Assembly (NCBI RefSeq): GCF_044704955.1
Contig: NC_091994.1
Coordinates: forward strand, 89,156,001 to 89,220,000
Reading direction: 5' to 3'
Source: Pristiophorus japonicus
Lineage: Eukaryota
DNA length: 64,000 nt
The position numbers were made by a program, and so were the translations under genes. Below are positions 49,317-61,977 of this stretch, one piece after another. The notes under the pieces were generated by a model, which worked only from the letters and a program-made list of their open reading frames with translations, did not search any database and was not told the DNA's origin. Position 1 is the stretch's first letter; every line of letters starts with the position of its first letter.

Positions 49317-51235
49317 GTGAGTCACAGCGCTGACTTCAGCAATAGATGCAGTAGCTGCATGGCGTCATTTAGTCCTGTGAGTCAGTAATATTTAAACAAT
49401 AGTGTTACAATTTTCCTGTTTTACTTCTGTTTGTGTGTTTTTCTCTTCGGTTTTAACTTTTACTGTCACCTAGCAACCATTTGCTTTCTACTTTTTCTAT
49501 CCTAGTTTTCCCGTTCTGTTCCTGCTGAACCTAACTCGGAAACCTTTGCTTTGCGTGGTGACAGTGACTGTGCTAAATGTACAATTGTCACCACTGCCTA
49601 CGATGTGCTACCCTCGGGTAGATTTCACAATCAAGCTTGTGCCCATTCTTTGAGCCGCTACACTGGTGAGAAAGTGTTGTGTTTCCCAAAGACCTGCAGG
49701 TCACAGTTCCTTTAGAGTTGCTGCAAAGGACAGAGTCATCAGCAAGATCCAGTAGAGCGAACCCCAACACAAGCTATTTGGGAGAACTGAAGCAAAAACA
49801 GAGAATGCTGGAAATACACGGCCGGTTTGTCAGTATCCATCAAAGAGAAAGGACAAGTTAACATTTGGGGGAAATTGTTCTTTTTTCTTTTCGGATGCTG
49901 ATTAGATTTGTATTTCCAACATGATTATATTCCAGATTTCCATTATTTGCAGTTTTTTTGCTTATTTTTTTTCATTGATGACACATGCTTGGAAGATGAC
50001 ATTTGTTAGACTTTCTGGAATAACTGAAAGGAGATTTAAGGACAGTTTGATTTTTAATTCAAACTTTAATAACAATGTTATAAAAGGCTATAGAATGAAA
50101 GCACCTTAAAATCTTGACATTTATTAGGGAAATTTTACATTTTTGTTGATTAACTGGAATGCGAAAATTGCAAAATGTTTTTGACAAATGTAAGTTGTTA
50201 AATGACAACTGATGAACTTCCATGAAAATATTGCCCATTTTTCTTCATTCCATGGTGTGGTAAGTAACAAAACTGGCAAAATCCAAATGACCACTGTAGT
50301 CTTTTCCAAAGCCATGGACTAAAACCTGTACTGTACAAACTCTTCCACTGTGAACTTTCAGCTGCTATAGATCGGAAGTAACTGTTTTGGAAGACCATGG
50401 TGCTTTTTGCCTAGTTGTTCGTGAATTTCTGCTTGTGTTAATGAGAGAATGGAAGGGAGTTTTGTCCATGTCAGAAAGTCCAACCCAAGATCAAGAGGTC
50501 AGTTCACCATGGTATTTCCCTATGTACATTTGTCAAGGGCTGGCTTCTGCTGCATTGTTTCCTCAGCTGGTAAATGGTACATGGTGTGAGCATGGTTACA
50601 AATAGAGAAATCAAATGCACTAACTGAGAAGTAGGCAGGAGAAATAAGGTACCTGCAGTATGTGGTCTATCCATTTATTTGATGGGTAAGAGCGATTACT
50701 CCTTCTGAATACAGAACCTTTTTTTCCCCCTTCATGTTCGTGTGAAATGTTGTGCTCATTGAACTGAAGAATATTTGTACCGGGAAATGGAATATTTTCC
50801 GATTTCAGGACTTATTGGAAGCATCAAAGCACTGCCAGCTCAGCTACAGCATGGGTTAGATACAGAGTAAAGCTATTTTTTTTTTAACCTCACTCCAATA
50901 ATACACCTCAGTCCCACCCTCAGACGGCATCCCCTACTGCAACACTGTGGTATGCTACATTTCTCATATCAGCCATCCTTGTCTGTTCTTTGAGTAAGAT
51001 TGACAATTTACAGTACAGCCATCAGACAGAAGATTTTCATCCCATCAGTTATGTGTACTAAACACAAGTCAGTATAGAACAAATATTTGTATATAAATGA
51101 TCTATTTTACAGTAACTAACATTAGCTGAGAATGGCTGCACATTGCAGTATAAATATATTAGCCGCATTTCTTGAGTATAGCTGCATACTGTGCTGTTAT
51201 AAGGTTGACAGTGATGCATGTGTTTCTCTATTCAG

Positions 51236-51386
51236 GCACAACATAGACAATTTCCTGGTGCAGTTTACGGAGTGGATGGGGGTCTCCCTGTGCCAGTTCA
51301 GCATATTGTCAGCTACTTTGATGGTTCACACTGCCCAACACTGCGTGAAAAGCCCAAATTATTTTTCATTCAGGCTTGTGGCGGAG
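51236..51386 (+). CDS. CASP9: Caspase-9 exon 6 (catalytic Cys, QACGG)
   Basis: [15 protein letters not shown]...[18 protein letters not shown]; 151 nt. Confidence 0.96.
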
Positions 51387-51654
51387 GTAGGTACCATGAT
51401 TGCTGCTGAGTTATATAAATAGATTACCTATTGGGGACATTAAAAAGAATCATTATAGTTATGGTATAAGCGGCCAATGACCATATTCGAGATTTAGTCC
51501 AAATAGTCAGCTATACAACTGTAACCGGAGTTCTTCCCGTCTCTTGCCTGAATCTCTAGAGTGCATTATTATTTTATTGCCAAGCTTGGATGGATTAGTA
51601 TTTTAACTCAGCCTTAGAAGCAGTGTTCAAATCAGCACTAAAATATTTGCCATC

Positions 51655-52720
51655 AAGGTACGGTAGTGTAGAGGTTATGATGCTGGACTAGTAATCTAAT
51701 GAATAATCAAGAGATTCTGAGTTCAAATTTGAGAATTTGAATTCCATTTTAAAATAAAATCTGGGGATAAAAGGCCAGTATCAGTAAAAGTGACAATGAA
51801 ACTTCCGATTGTTGTAAAAACCGAACTGTTCACAAATGTCCTTTAGGGAAAGCAAACCCGTCACCTTTACCCGGTCTGGCCTATATGTGACTCCAGACCC
51901 ACACCAATGTGGTTGATTCTAACTGCCCTCTGAAGTGGCCATTCTGTTATAGCAAACCGCTATAAAGAGTAACAAAAATACAATTAGAGGGACCACTCAG
52001 CTACAACCTAGGCAATAAATCAACACAATAAAGGCACACTCAGCCCAGTTGACCCTGCAAAGTCCTCCTCACTCACATCTGGGGACTAGTGCCAAGGTTG
52101 GGAGCGCTGTCCCACAGACTAGTCAACCTGACATAGTCATTATCAGCCAACAGCTCAGATTCTTCCATCACCAGCCCACTGGCAGGACAACCCACCAGAG
52201 GTGGGGGGGGGGACCCGTGGTGTACAGTCAGGGGTGGCCCTGGAATTCTCAACAATGACTCTGGACCCTATGCAGACTCACGGCTTCAGGTCAAGCATGC
52301 GCACGGAAGCCTCCTGCTGATTACCACCTACCAGCCGCCCTCAACTGATGAATCAGTCCTCCCTCCAGGTTGAGCATCGTGGATTGTACTCTGCGTGGGG
52401 GACTTCAGTCACCAATAGTGGCTTGGTAGCACCACCACTGACCGAGCTGACCAAGTCCTGAAAGATGTAGCTGCCAGACTGGGTTTGCGACGGGTGCGGA
52501 GAGAACCATCACGAGGGAATAACCTACACGACCACGTCCTCACCAGTCTAATTGTTGCAGATGTATCTGTCCACAGTAGCATTGATGGAAGTTACCACCC
52601 ACAGTCCTTGTGCAGACCATGTCCCGACTTCACACTGAGGGCACCCTTCATCATGTCATGTGGCACTACCACCATTCTATGTGGGATAAATCTGATCCAG
52701 AACAGGTCCAGTAGCTCCAA
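51655..52720 (+). mobile_element. Decayed LINE 5' region: tRNA-like head followed by endonuclease remnants
   Basis: Head GGTAGTGTAGAGGTTA...GAGTTCAAAT; QPDIVI, GDF and LHDHVLT-like APE remnants; 51835-51930 matches 310-400. Confidence 0.5.
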
Positions 52721-53099
52721 TTCCCTTTGAAATTCTTTGCTGCGTTTCACTACTCTCAGCCTCTTTGGTCATTGACTGTCTCATTGTTTCCTTTTTCCTT
52801 ATGTGCTTTCCTCTATATGCTTTTTAAGAGTTTCACTTGTCACTGTCCATAAGATTATGTTTTTCTCATTGCTTGGAAAGGTGTCAGTGCAGTACTGAAA
52901 GAGAGACCAGAGCTAGAGAGATAGGGTAAAGGAGAGCAGGATTGAGAAAGCTAGCACTGCAGAGAGAAAGGGAGAGCAGAGCGGTGGTGTAATGAGAGGA
53001 TCACTTTTGCACACTCTCTCAGGGCATCCGAGTTAGCTTAAGGGCACAAAAGGGTTTGTACTTTCACAGCATTACAGTGAAACTTTTTAATTCTTACAG

Positions 53100-53276
53100 A
53101 CCAGAAGGATGCAGGATTCAAGACTGCTGAGGAGGTGGACAGTGCTCCTGGTGCACCGTATGATACCGCTAGTTTGCAGACTGACGCGACTCCATGTCGA
53201 GCAGAAGATGAGCCAGATGCAGTATCGAGCTTACCAACCCCCAGTGACATCTTGGTTTCATACTCTACATTCCCAG
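53100..53276 (+). CDS. CASP9: Caspase-9 exon 7 (intersubunit linker)
   Basis: QKDAGF...LQTDATPC...[24 protein letters not shown]; 177 nt. Confidence 0.95.
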
Positions 53277-53789
53277 GTACCTTGACTTGCCCAGTTAGTG
53301 TCTCTGGAGTGATGTGATCCATGTAGGTATAGATCCAATTGAATGTCAATACTGCTGAGTTTTTTCAGGGCTCAAGCAGCTAGCTAGAGTATGCATCGGT
53401 CATTTTATAACATTTTTGCTAACCTATTTCAGTCCTTTTTTGTGATTTTCGTGCTTATCAAAATGATGAATATTAATCCTGGAAAATGGAACACTTTCCA
53501 TTTCAGGCACCTCACCTACAGCAGTGACATTTTCCATTCCCCACATCAGTCAACTTTGTGGCTTCATTGAGTGAGATCGCTAGCTCTTGCCAATTAGCAG
53601 CAGAAGTCTGTACTGTACACCCACCTTGTTGGGGGAAAAAAACCTAAGTTTTCAAAAATAATGTTTTAACTAAATTATGGTTTCAAAAGGAAGTTAGGGA
53701 CATTGAAGAGAACAAAATATTGCTCAGAAAGGTGTCCCTTATGATGCAGAGCCTAAATATTCAGCACCTGTTTAAGTTTTTTTTATATT

Positions 53790-55700
53790 GAATGTACAGC
53801 ACAGAAATAGGCCATTCACTCATATGTTTATTTAGCTTCCCCTTAAATACATCTATGCTATTCGCCTCAACTACTCCTTGTGGTAGCGAGTTCCGCATTC
53901 TCACCACTCTCTGGGTAAAAAGGTTTCTCCCGAATTCCCTATTGGATTTATTCGTGACTATCTCATATTTATGGCCCCGAGTTTTGGTCTCCCTCACAGG
54001 TGGAAATATTTTGCCTACCCTATCAAACCCTTTCATAATCTTAAAGACCTCTATCAGGTGAGCCCCAGCTTGATCAATCTTTCCTGATAGATATAATCTA
54101 TCATCATCATCATCATCATCATAGACAGTCCCTTGGAATCGAGGAAGACTTGCTTCCATTCTTAAAATGAGTCCATAGGTGGCTGAACAGTCCAATACGA
54201 GAACCACAGTCCCTGTCACAGGTGGGACAGATAGTCGTTGAGGGAAAGGGTGGGTGGGACAGGTTTGCCGCACGCTCTTTCCGCTGCCTGCGCTTGGTTT
54301 CTGCATGCTCTCGGCGATGAGACTCGAAGTACTCAGCGCCCTCCTGGATGCACTTCCTCCACTTAGGGCGATCTTTGGCCAGGGACTCCCAGGTGTCAGT
54401 GGGGATGTTGCACTTTTTTAGGGAGGCTTTGAGGGTGTCCCTGTAATGTTTCCTCTGCCCACCTTTGGCTCTTTTGCCTTGAAGGAGTTCTGAGTAGAGC
54501 GCTTGCTTTGGGAGTCTTGTGTCTGGCATGCGAACGATGTGGCTTGCCCAGCGGAGCTGATCAAGTGTGGTCAGTGCTTCAATGCTGGGATGTTGGCCTG
54601 GTCGTCTGTCCTCCCAGGGGATTTGTAGGATCTTGCGAAGGCATCGTTGGTGGTATTTCTCCAGCAACTTGAGGTGTCTACTGTACATGGTCCATGTCTC
54701 TGAGCCATACAGGAGGGCGGGTATTACTACAGCCCTGTAGACCATGAGCTTGGTGGCAGTTTTGAGGGCCAGGTCTTCGAACACTCTTTTCCTCAGGCGG
54801 CCGAAGGCTGCACTGGAGGCGGTGTTGAATCTCGTCGTCAATGTCTGCTCTTGTTGATAAGAAGCTCCCGAGGTATTGGAAATGGTTCACGTTGTCCAGG
54901 GCCGCTCCGTGGATCTTGATGACTGGGGCAGTGCTGTGCGGCGAGGACAGGCTGGTGGAGGACCTTTGCCTTACAGATGTTTAGCGTAAGGCCCATGCTT
55001 TCGTACACCTTAGTAAATACGTCAAGTATGTCCTGGAGTTCAGACTCTGTATGTGCACAGACGCAGGCGTCGTCCGCATACTGTAGCGCGACGACAGAGG
55101 TTGGGGTGGTCTTGGACCTGGCCTGGAGACGGCGAAGGTTGAACAGGTTCCCACTGGTTCCGTAGTTTCTATATCCGTTTTATAATATGGAGACTAGAAC
55201 TGTGCACAATAATCTCAGTGTGGTCTAACCAAGATTCCATATAAGTTTAACCTAACTTCTCTGCTTCTCAATTCTATCCCTCTAGAAATGAACCCCAGTG
55301 CTATGTTTGCATTTTGAATTAACCTGCAAACCTACTTTTAGTGATTTGTATACCTGTACCCCTAGATCATTTTGCTCCTCTACCCCATTTAAACTCTTAT
55401 TTCCAAGGACTATGTGACATCCTTTACTTCCTACTAAAATGCACCACCTTATACGTATCTATATCGAAATTCATTTGCGAATTACACGGCCCTTTTGCAA
55501 GTTTATTAACTTCTTCTTGTATTTTGTCGCAGTCCTGCTAAGTGTTACATATATCCCCAATTTGGTGTCATCCACAAATTTTGAAATTTTACTTCCGATT
55601 CCAGAGTCTAATTTGTTTATGTAACTGGTGAACAACAGTGGTCCCAGCACTGATCCCTGTGGAACACCACTTCCTGCCTTTTGCCAGTCTGGGTAACTTG
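53790..55700 (-). mobile_element. CR1 fragment split by an RTE (53790-54090 and 55169-55700)
   Basis: LIEVFKIMKGFDRV..; [14 protein letters not shown]-encoding sequence at ~55630-55670. Confidence 0.75.
54100..55168 (-). mobile_element. RTE LINE 3' portion
   Basis: LQYADDA RT motif (~55070-55087), ORF 54119-54841, (CAT)n tail. Confidence 0.9.
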
Positions 55701-55879
55701 CATTCCCAGTGATGATCCTTAAAGTACCAAGTCCTTTCCTGATTTGTACCAGGTAATTTAATTAAAGGGTTGTAAATACATTTAAATCTATTCTTTTTGC
55801 AGTTGTTCTTAATACGTGATACTCTTCTAATGCACTACCTCATTCCCTCAAAATGCTCCTATCGCTACCACCACATATG

Positions 55880-57226
55880 ATAAGAACATAAAAAATAGGA
55901 GCAGGAGTAGGCCATATGGCCCCTCGAGCCTGCACCACCATTCAATAAGATCATGGCTGATCTGATCATGGACTCAGCTTCACTTCCTCGCCCGCTCCCC
56001 ATAACCCCTTATCCCCATATCGTTTAAAAAACTGTCTATTTCTGTCTTAAATTTATTCAATGTCCCAGCTGCTACAGTTCTCTGAGGCAGCGAATTCCAC
56101 AGATTTATAACCCTCAGAGAAGAAATTCCTCCTCATCTCAGTTTTAAATGGGCGGCCCCTTATTCTAAGATTATGCCCTCTAGTTCTATCTCCCCCATCA
56201 GTGGAAACATCCTCTCTGCATTCACCTTGTCAAGACCCCTCATAATCTTATACGTTTCGATAAGATCACCTCTCATTCTTCTGAATTCCAATGAGTAAAG
56301 GCCTAACCTACTCAACCTTCCCTCATAAGTCAACCTTCTCATCCCCGAAATCAACCTAGTGAACCTTCTCTGAACTGTCTTCAAAGCAAGTATATCCTTT
56401 CGTAAATATGGAAACCAAAACTGCACGCAGTATTCCAGGTGTGGTCTCACCAATACCTTGTATAGCTGTAGCAAGACTTCCCTGCTTTTATACTCCATCC
56501 CCTTCGCAATAATTGGCCTTCTTGATCACTTGCTGCACCTGCATACTATCCTTTTGTGTTTCATGCACAAGTTCCCCCCAGGTCCCACTGTACTGCAGCA
56601 CTTTGCAATCTTTCTCCATTTAAATAATAACTTGCTCTTTGATTTTTTTTCTGCCAAAAGTGCATCTGCCAAATTTTTGCCCACTCACTTAGCCTGTCTA
56701 TATCTTTTTGCAGATTTTTTGTGTCCTCCTCACACATTGCTTTTCCTCCCATCTTTGTATCGTCAGCAAACTTGGCTACGTTACATTCAGTCCCTTCTTC
56801 CAAGTAGTTAATATAGATTGTAAATAGTTGGGGTCCCAGCACTGATCCCTGCGGCACCCCACTAGTTACTGGTTGCCAACCAGAGAATGAACCATTTATC
56901 CCGACTCTCTGTTCTCTGTTAGTTAGCCAATCCTCTATCCATGCCAATATATTACCCCCAACCCCGTGAACTTTTATCTGGTGCAGTAACCTTTTATGTG
57001 GCACCTCGTCATATGCCTTCTGGAAGTCCAAATACACCACATCCACTGGTTCCCCTTTATCCACCCTGTTCGTTACATCCTTAAGAACTCCATCAAATTT
57101 GTCAAACATGACTTCCCCTTCATAAATCCATGCTGACTCTGCCTGACCGAATTTTGCTTTTCCTAATGTCCTGCTACTGCTTCTTTAATAATGGACTCCA
57201 ACATTTTCCCAACCACAGATGTTAGG
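55880..57226 (-). mobile_element. CR1 LINE 3' portion
   Basis: ORFs 56561-57109 and 56160-56498. Confidence 0.92.
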
Positions 57227-57598
57227 CCTATACCCACCAGCAGTTCAGTGTTACCTTACTGCAGCTGTTCTTTGGTTGCAAAATATTGTTATTATAGTCA
57301 TAATATACAGTATGTGTATCAGTTAGTGAATCTCAGTGAGTGGCTTGCAAATGCTGAGACTCTGGTGATCAGCAGTGATGCTAGGTTGTCTTGCTGCACT
57401 CAGTTATTGAGCCAATGCCTAATGGGTTTTTGATGTGCAGTGACAGCTTCAAGAATTACATAGTGACTATTGTGGGCTGTGATTGTGCGTGCAGCTTGAC
57501 TGAATGCTGGGGCTGCACAAACAGATAAGTAAGATTATTTTCGTCTTATTCTGACAAGGACTTTGAGTTATTCAGATATATTCGAACCCTTTCTTTAG

Positions 57599-57708
57599 GC
57601 TATGTGTCCTGGCGAGATAAAAAGCAGGGATCTTGGTACATGAAAGCTCTCGTGCATGTTTTCAGTAACTATGCTCATTCGGATGATCTACAAACACTCC
57701 TAACAAGG
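57599..57708 (+). CDS. CASP9: Caspase-9 exon 8
   Basis: YVSWRDKKQGSWYMKALVHVFSNYAHSDDLQTLLTR; 110 nt. Confidence 0.95.
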
Positions 57709-58864
57709 GTGAGTTGTTTTGTTTTACTCCCTGGTTGAGATTTAACATTTGGGGTCAACACTCTAAAACAGCTTTATAGTTGGCACAGATTCTTGCTTAA
57801 AAACTCACATGTATCTGCCACAAGTGACAATACCTTAGTTTTCTGTCAGATCTTGGTTTAATTGGAATTAGCTTTATCAACTAGGTTTTCTTCTGAAACA
57901 AAACAACAATTTGGAAAAGGGGGGACATCTCTGGTGGCACTAGTAGTGCTGGAAGTTTGTAGATAATGCACATCTGGACAGCTGTTTCTGAATTGATCAA
58001 TGTGCATTGTTCTCACCAGCCCTACTTGGTATATTGGCATCATTATGATATAGGCAGCAGTTGTTCTTAATACATGATACTCTTCTAATGCACAACTTCA
58101 TTTTCTCAAAATGCTCCTATCGCTTCCACCACATATGATAAACCTATACCCACCAGTAGTTCAATGTTATTCAGCTCAAATTGCCTTCTCCAGAAAAAGC
58201 CCAAGTTTAGAAGGACAAATCTATAATTGTTATGCTGCATGTTTTCAGTGGAAATTTGATACACCGACCGTTAAGTTTTATTGAAATTCTATTGACAACA
58301 CCAATTAATTGAAACGCAGATTGTACCTGGAACATCGACAGGAACAGATCCAGTAAGCTGATGGTTTTTCTTCTTGTCTCGCTGGTTCTTTTTCTGAAGG
58401 TACTAATCTTGCTGGAATACAGTTTAGAGGTGCTGGGCACCCTGCCTGAGTGGCCATTCTTCAGGTATGGCACTGTGCTGGTGAATGTTGACAGGCTTTT
58501 TGATGCTTGATCCTATACTCATCCAACAGCCACATACATGCAGTTCAGGCACAGATCACTAAAAGCGATCAGGAGTGAGACCCTTGACCAGTTGACCCTA
58601 TGTTAATCCAGCAGCACTGAGCTGAATTGCAGTACCCTAGCTGCCACCAGATTTGCAATCGGGGAACTCAGCACAACCCAGGGATCAAATCTCAGACTGT
58701 CCTATGGCTCAGTGTTCGGACTGCCGTTTTGGCTTTTTAAAAGTTTGTTTTACAGTTTTTTAAAATATGGAGCAGTATAAGCAATGGCGCCTGTGCATCA
58801 TCTTGTAGTTTGCTGCTGTGAAGTGTTGTTAGAGCAAGTGGTTCAGAATATGTCTATTTTTCAG

Positions 58865-58978
58865 GTGACGAGAAACATTTCAGACAATGAGGAAGCTAAA
58901 GGAGTGTACAAGCAGATCCCTGGTTCATTCAACTTCCTTCGCAAACATCTTTACTTTTTAACCAAGGAGAAGAAGTGA
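58865..58978 (+). CDS. CASP9: Caspase-9 exon 9 (to stop)
   Basis: VTRNISDNEEAKGVYKQIPGSFNFLRKHLYFLTKEKK*. Confidence 0.94.
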   Translation: MTRNISDNEEAKGVYKQIPGSFNFLRKHLYFLTKEKK

Positions 58979-60189
58979 CCTTTTCAGATTATGGACTGAC
59001 GAGTATGCGCTGTCACCTTGGTGTAATTCACTTTGTAAAATCTCAAACATCTCAGTGCACTGGTTTTAAAAGAAACGAATTATCTGAGTACTGATCGTCT
59101 GCTGTCGTCCTAGTTGTATATTTCTATCGCAGCTCATAGAAATTTGTATCAGATTTGTGTAGTACAATGGAGACTGTTAGATGAAAATGAATTATTGAAT
59201 GTATTTCAATGTGCAGGTGACAATTTATTTCATAATTAGTGTACTAATCAGCATTGACATAATTCTGGTATTTGTGCTAATATACAAGCTAAATAAAACT
59301 CATCTTTTTGGGGAGGAAGAATATTTAAATTGTCCTTCAGGACACTTTAATTGTCCAGTGGTGGGGGTTGGTCACAAAAAGCAGGGCTTAGTTTCAGCAC
59401 CTGAAATTTAGCTGTCTGTATTGGACACTTGTATTGATGAAAAGAACAGTCATGTTCAGCGTATAACATAAATAAATAGTTCTGCTTCCATCGCACGGAG
59501 ACCACTGAAAGTCAGCGGACGTTGATATGAGGCAATTATGGTCGATTAATTTTGCCCGACCCGACCCCTGAAATGGATTGTGAAATAGGAGAGTTATATT
59601 TAATTAACGCCGTGCTCTTCTGTGTCTCAATCAAGATATGAGAACGGTAATGCAACAACTTAGACCTTGGCATCCGAGTTAGCTGATCTTAGCTGGGGTG
59701 GCAGGATGGGCACTACAGTTGGTCTCAGCCTGCTGGGAGAGGGAGATAAAAGCTGCCCAGTGTTCGTATTCCTGATCCCTGTCCACCACCCCTGCTGGAA
59801 AGTGAATGAAGACATGATTGAGCTCAGTTCTGATGCCCTCCATGTTTGAATAGTTGTCAATACTCACTGTCTACACTTAGGCTGAAATAGGTCAGCTAGA
59901 CAAGTTACCAGAGCGCGATCGGTACCTATGGAACTGCACTCTAACACAGAGTTAGCGCCTTCAGGAGGGGGACCACTAAGGGCAAGATAACAAAGTAAAT
60001 CAGTGTTTGCAACAGCTGCCTGATATTTTAGTTATACCCTGTACTGTGAAATGAATAAATTGTGAAAACTTGTAAAATATTTAATATTCCGCTGACTTGT
60101 AACAGGCACAAAAGAAGGCATGAATGGTGTATTTTTTATTTTAAAGAAAAATCCTTAAAGATTTATATGAGGAGATGCTGCATTGTAAT

Positions 60190-60396
60190 TGTTATGTTCA
60201 GAATAACTCCACAAGACTGCTCAAACTGATGTGACTGACCTTAGTCTCTTTAATCAAACTCCAGAGTGAAGAATCAGCGTGGCAGACAACCTTTTATACT
60301 TGCTTGCACGAGGTGTGCAGGTGACCCTTGGGTCTCCAAAGGATGCACCCCCTGGTGGCAAGTCTTAACACTATTATAAAGTTTACATATATAACA
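60190..60396 (-). mobile_element. 3' LTR of a Gypsy element (207 bp)
   Basis: TGTTAT...ATAACA termini; adjacent polypurine tract ~60400-60436 on the minus strand; TATAAAA and ATTAAA inside. Confidence 0.8.
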
Positions 60397-61977
60397 GCAC
60401 TCTTCCCATGCCCCCTCCCCCCCTCCCCCCCCCCCTCAAGTCTTAGATACAAGTTATTTACAAGTTGAAGCGATCCAGGGCTCTTCGTTCCCGGGTTGAT
60501 TGCCTGAGTTGAAGTCCTGGCCTGGGTGAGTTGGTCGGATCATTGCTGCACTGCAGCGTGGCTGGTCTGATCGGACTGTCGGGCATGGTGGGTTCATCCT
60601 CATGATTGACAGTGAGGTCGATTGCTGGTTGGGTGTGTGTGGGTGGATCAATGATGGTAATGTCCTCTTCAAACGGTTCTTGGTTGTCAGTGAATCGCAG
60701 TTTGGTCTGATCCAAATGCTTTCTGCACGTTTGTCCATTCAGAAGTTTGACAACAAACACTCTATCCCCCTCCTTGGCTAACACAGTGCCAGCAACCCAT
60801 TTGGGACCATGACCGTAGTTAAGAACAAATACAGGGTCATTAACCTCAATGTCACGTGATACAACCGCGCGATCGTGGTACATGTTATGCCGGTGACGCC
60901 GAGTTTCTACATGATCATTGAGATCCGGGTGGACTAAGGAGAGCCTGGTTTTGAGTGCTCTCTTCGTTAACAATTCTGCAGGGGGAACACCAGTAAGCGA
61001 GTGGGGTCGCATCCGGTAGCTGAGCAGAACCCGAGATAACCGGGTCTGCAGGGAACCGTCCGTCACGCGTTTCAAGCTCTGCTTGGTAGTTTGGACTGCC
61101 TGTTCCGCTTGACCATTGGATGCGGGCTTAAAACGGGGCAGACCTGACCTGTTTGATGCCATTGCGGGTTATGAACTCGTTCAATTCCGAGCTGGTGAAA
61201 CATGGTCCATTGTCACTAACAAGAACGTCGGGCAAACCATGGATGGCGAACATGGCCCGGAGGCTTTCAATGGTGGCAGTGGACGTACATGACATTACAC
61301 ATTCAATCCACTGCTACTAGGAACATCTTTCCTAGAAAGGGGCCAGCAAAATCTACATAGACCCTGGACCACGGTTTGGAGGGCCATGACCACAGACTCA
61401 GTGGGGCCTCCCTTGGTGCATTGCTCAATTGTGAGCAAGTGTTACATTGGTATACGCATGACTCCAATTCCGAGTCAATGCCGGGCCACCAAACGTGCGA
61501 CCTGGCTATGCCTTGGTGGGTACTGTGCAGGTCGCGTATAAACGTTTCCCTACCTTTTTTTGGCAAAACCACGCAATTCCCCCATAGGAGACAATCCGAT
61601 TGGATGGACATTTCATCCTTGCGTTGGTAAAATGGCTTAATTTCATCTTGAATTTCCCCGGGAACAGCTGACCAGCTCCCATTAAGAATGCAGTTTTTTT
61701 TTACTAGTGATAGCACAGTGCCCTGGCTAGTCCAGGTCCTGATCTGGCGAGCTGTGACGGGTGACCCCTGGCTCTCAAAAACATCCATTACAAGAAGCAA
61801 GTCTGCAGGTTGCGCCATTTCCACCCCGGTGGTGGGAAATGGTAGCCGACTGAGGGCATCAGCACAGTTCTCAGTGCCTGGTCTGTGGTGGATTACATAG
61901 TCATACGCAGATAATGTTAGTGCCCATCTTTGGATGCAGGACGAAGCATTGGTGTTAATGCCTTTGCTTTTTGACAA
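60397..61977 (-). mobile_element. Ty3/Gypsy pol remnant (RNase H end, integrase), frameshifted
   Basis: IQRWALTLSAYDY, H..H..C..C zinc finger, VDFAGPFLG, PASNGQAE motifs. Confidence 0.92.

Larger units (their letters stand above)
40076..58978 (+). other. CASP9: CASP9 gene span (9 coding exons, about 411 aa)
   Basis: CARD, SHG and QACGG catalytic motifs, D|ATP cleavage site; exon phases consistent. Confidence 0.95.
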
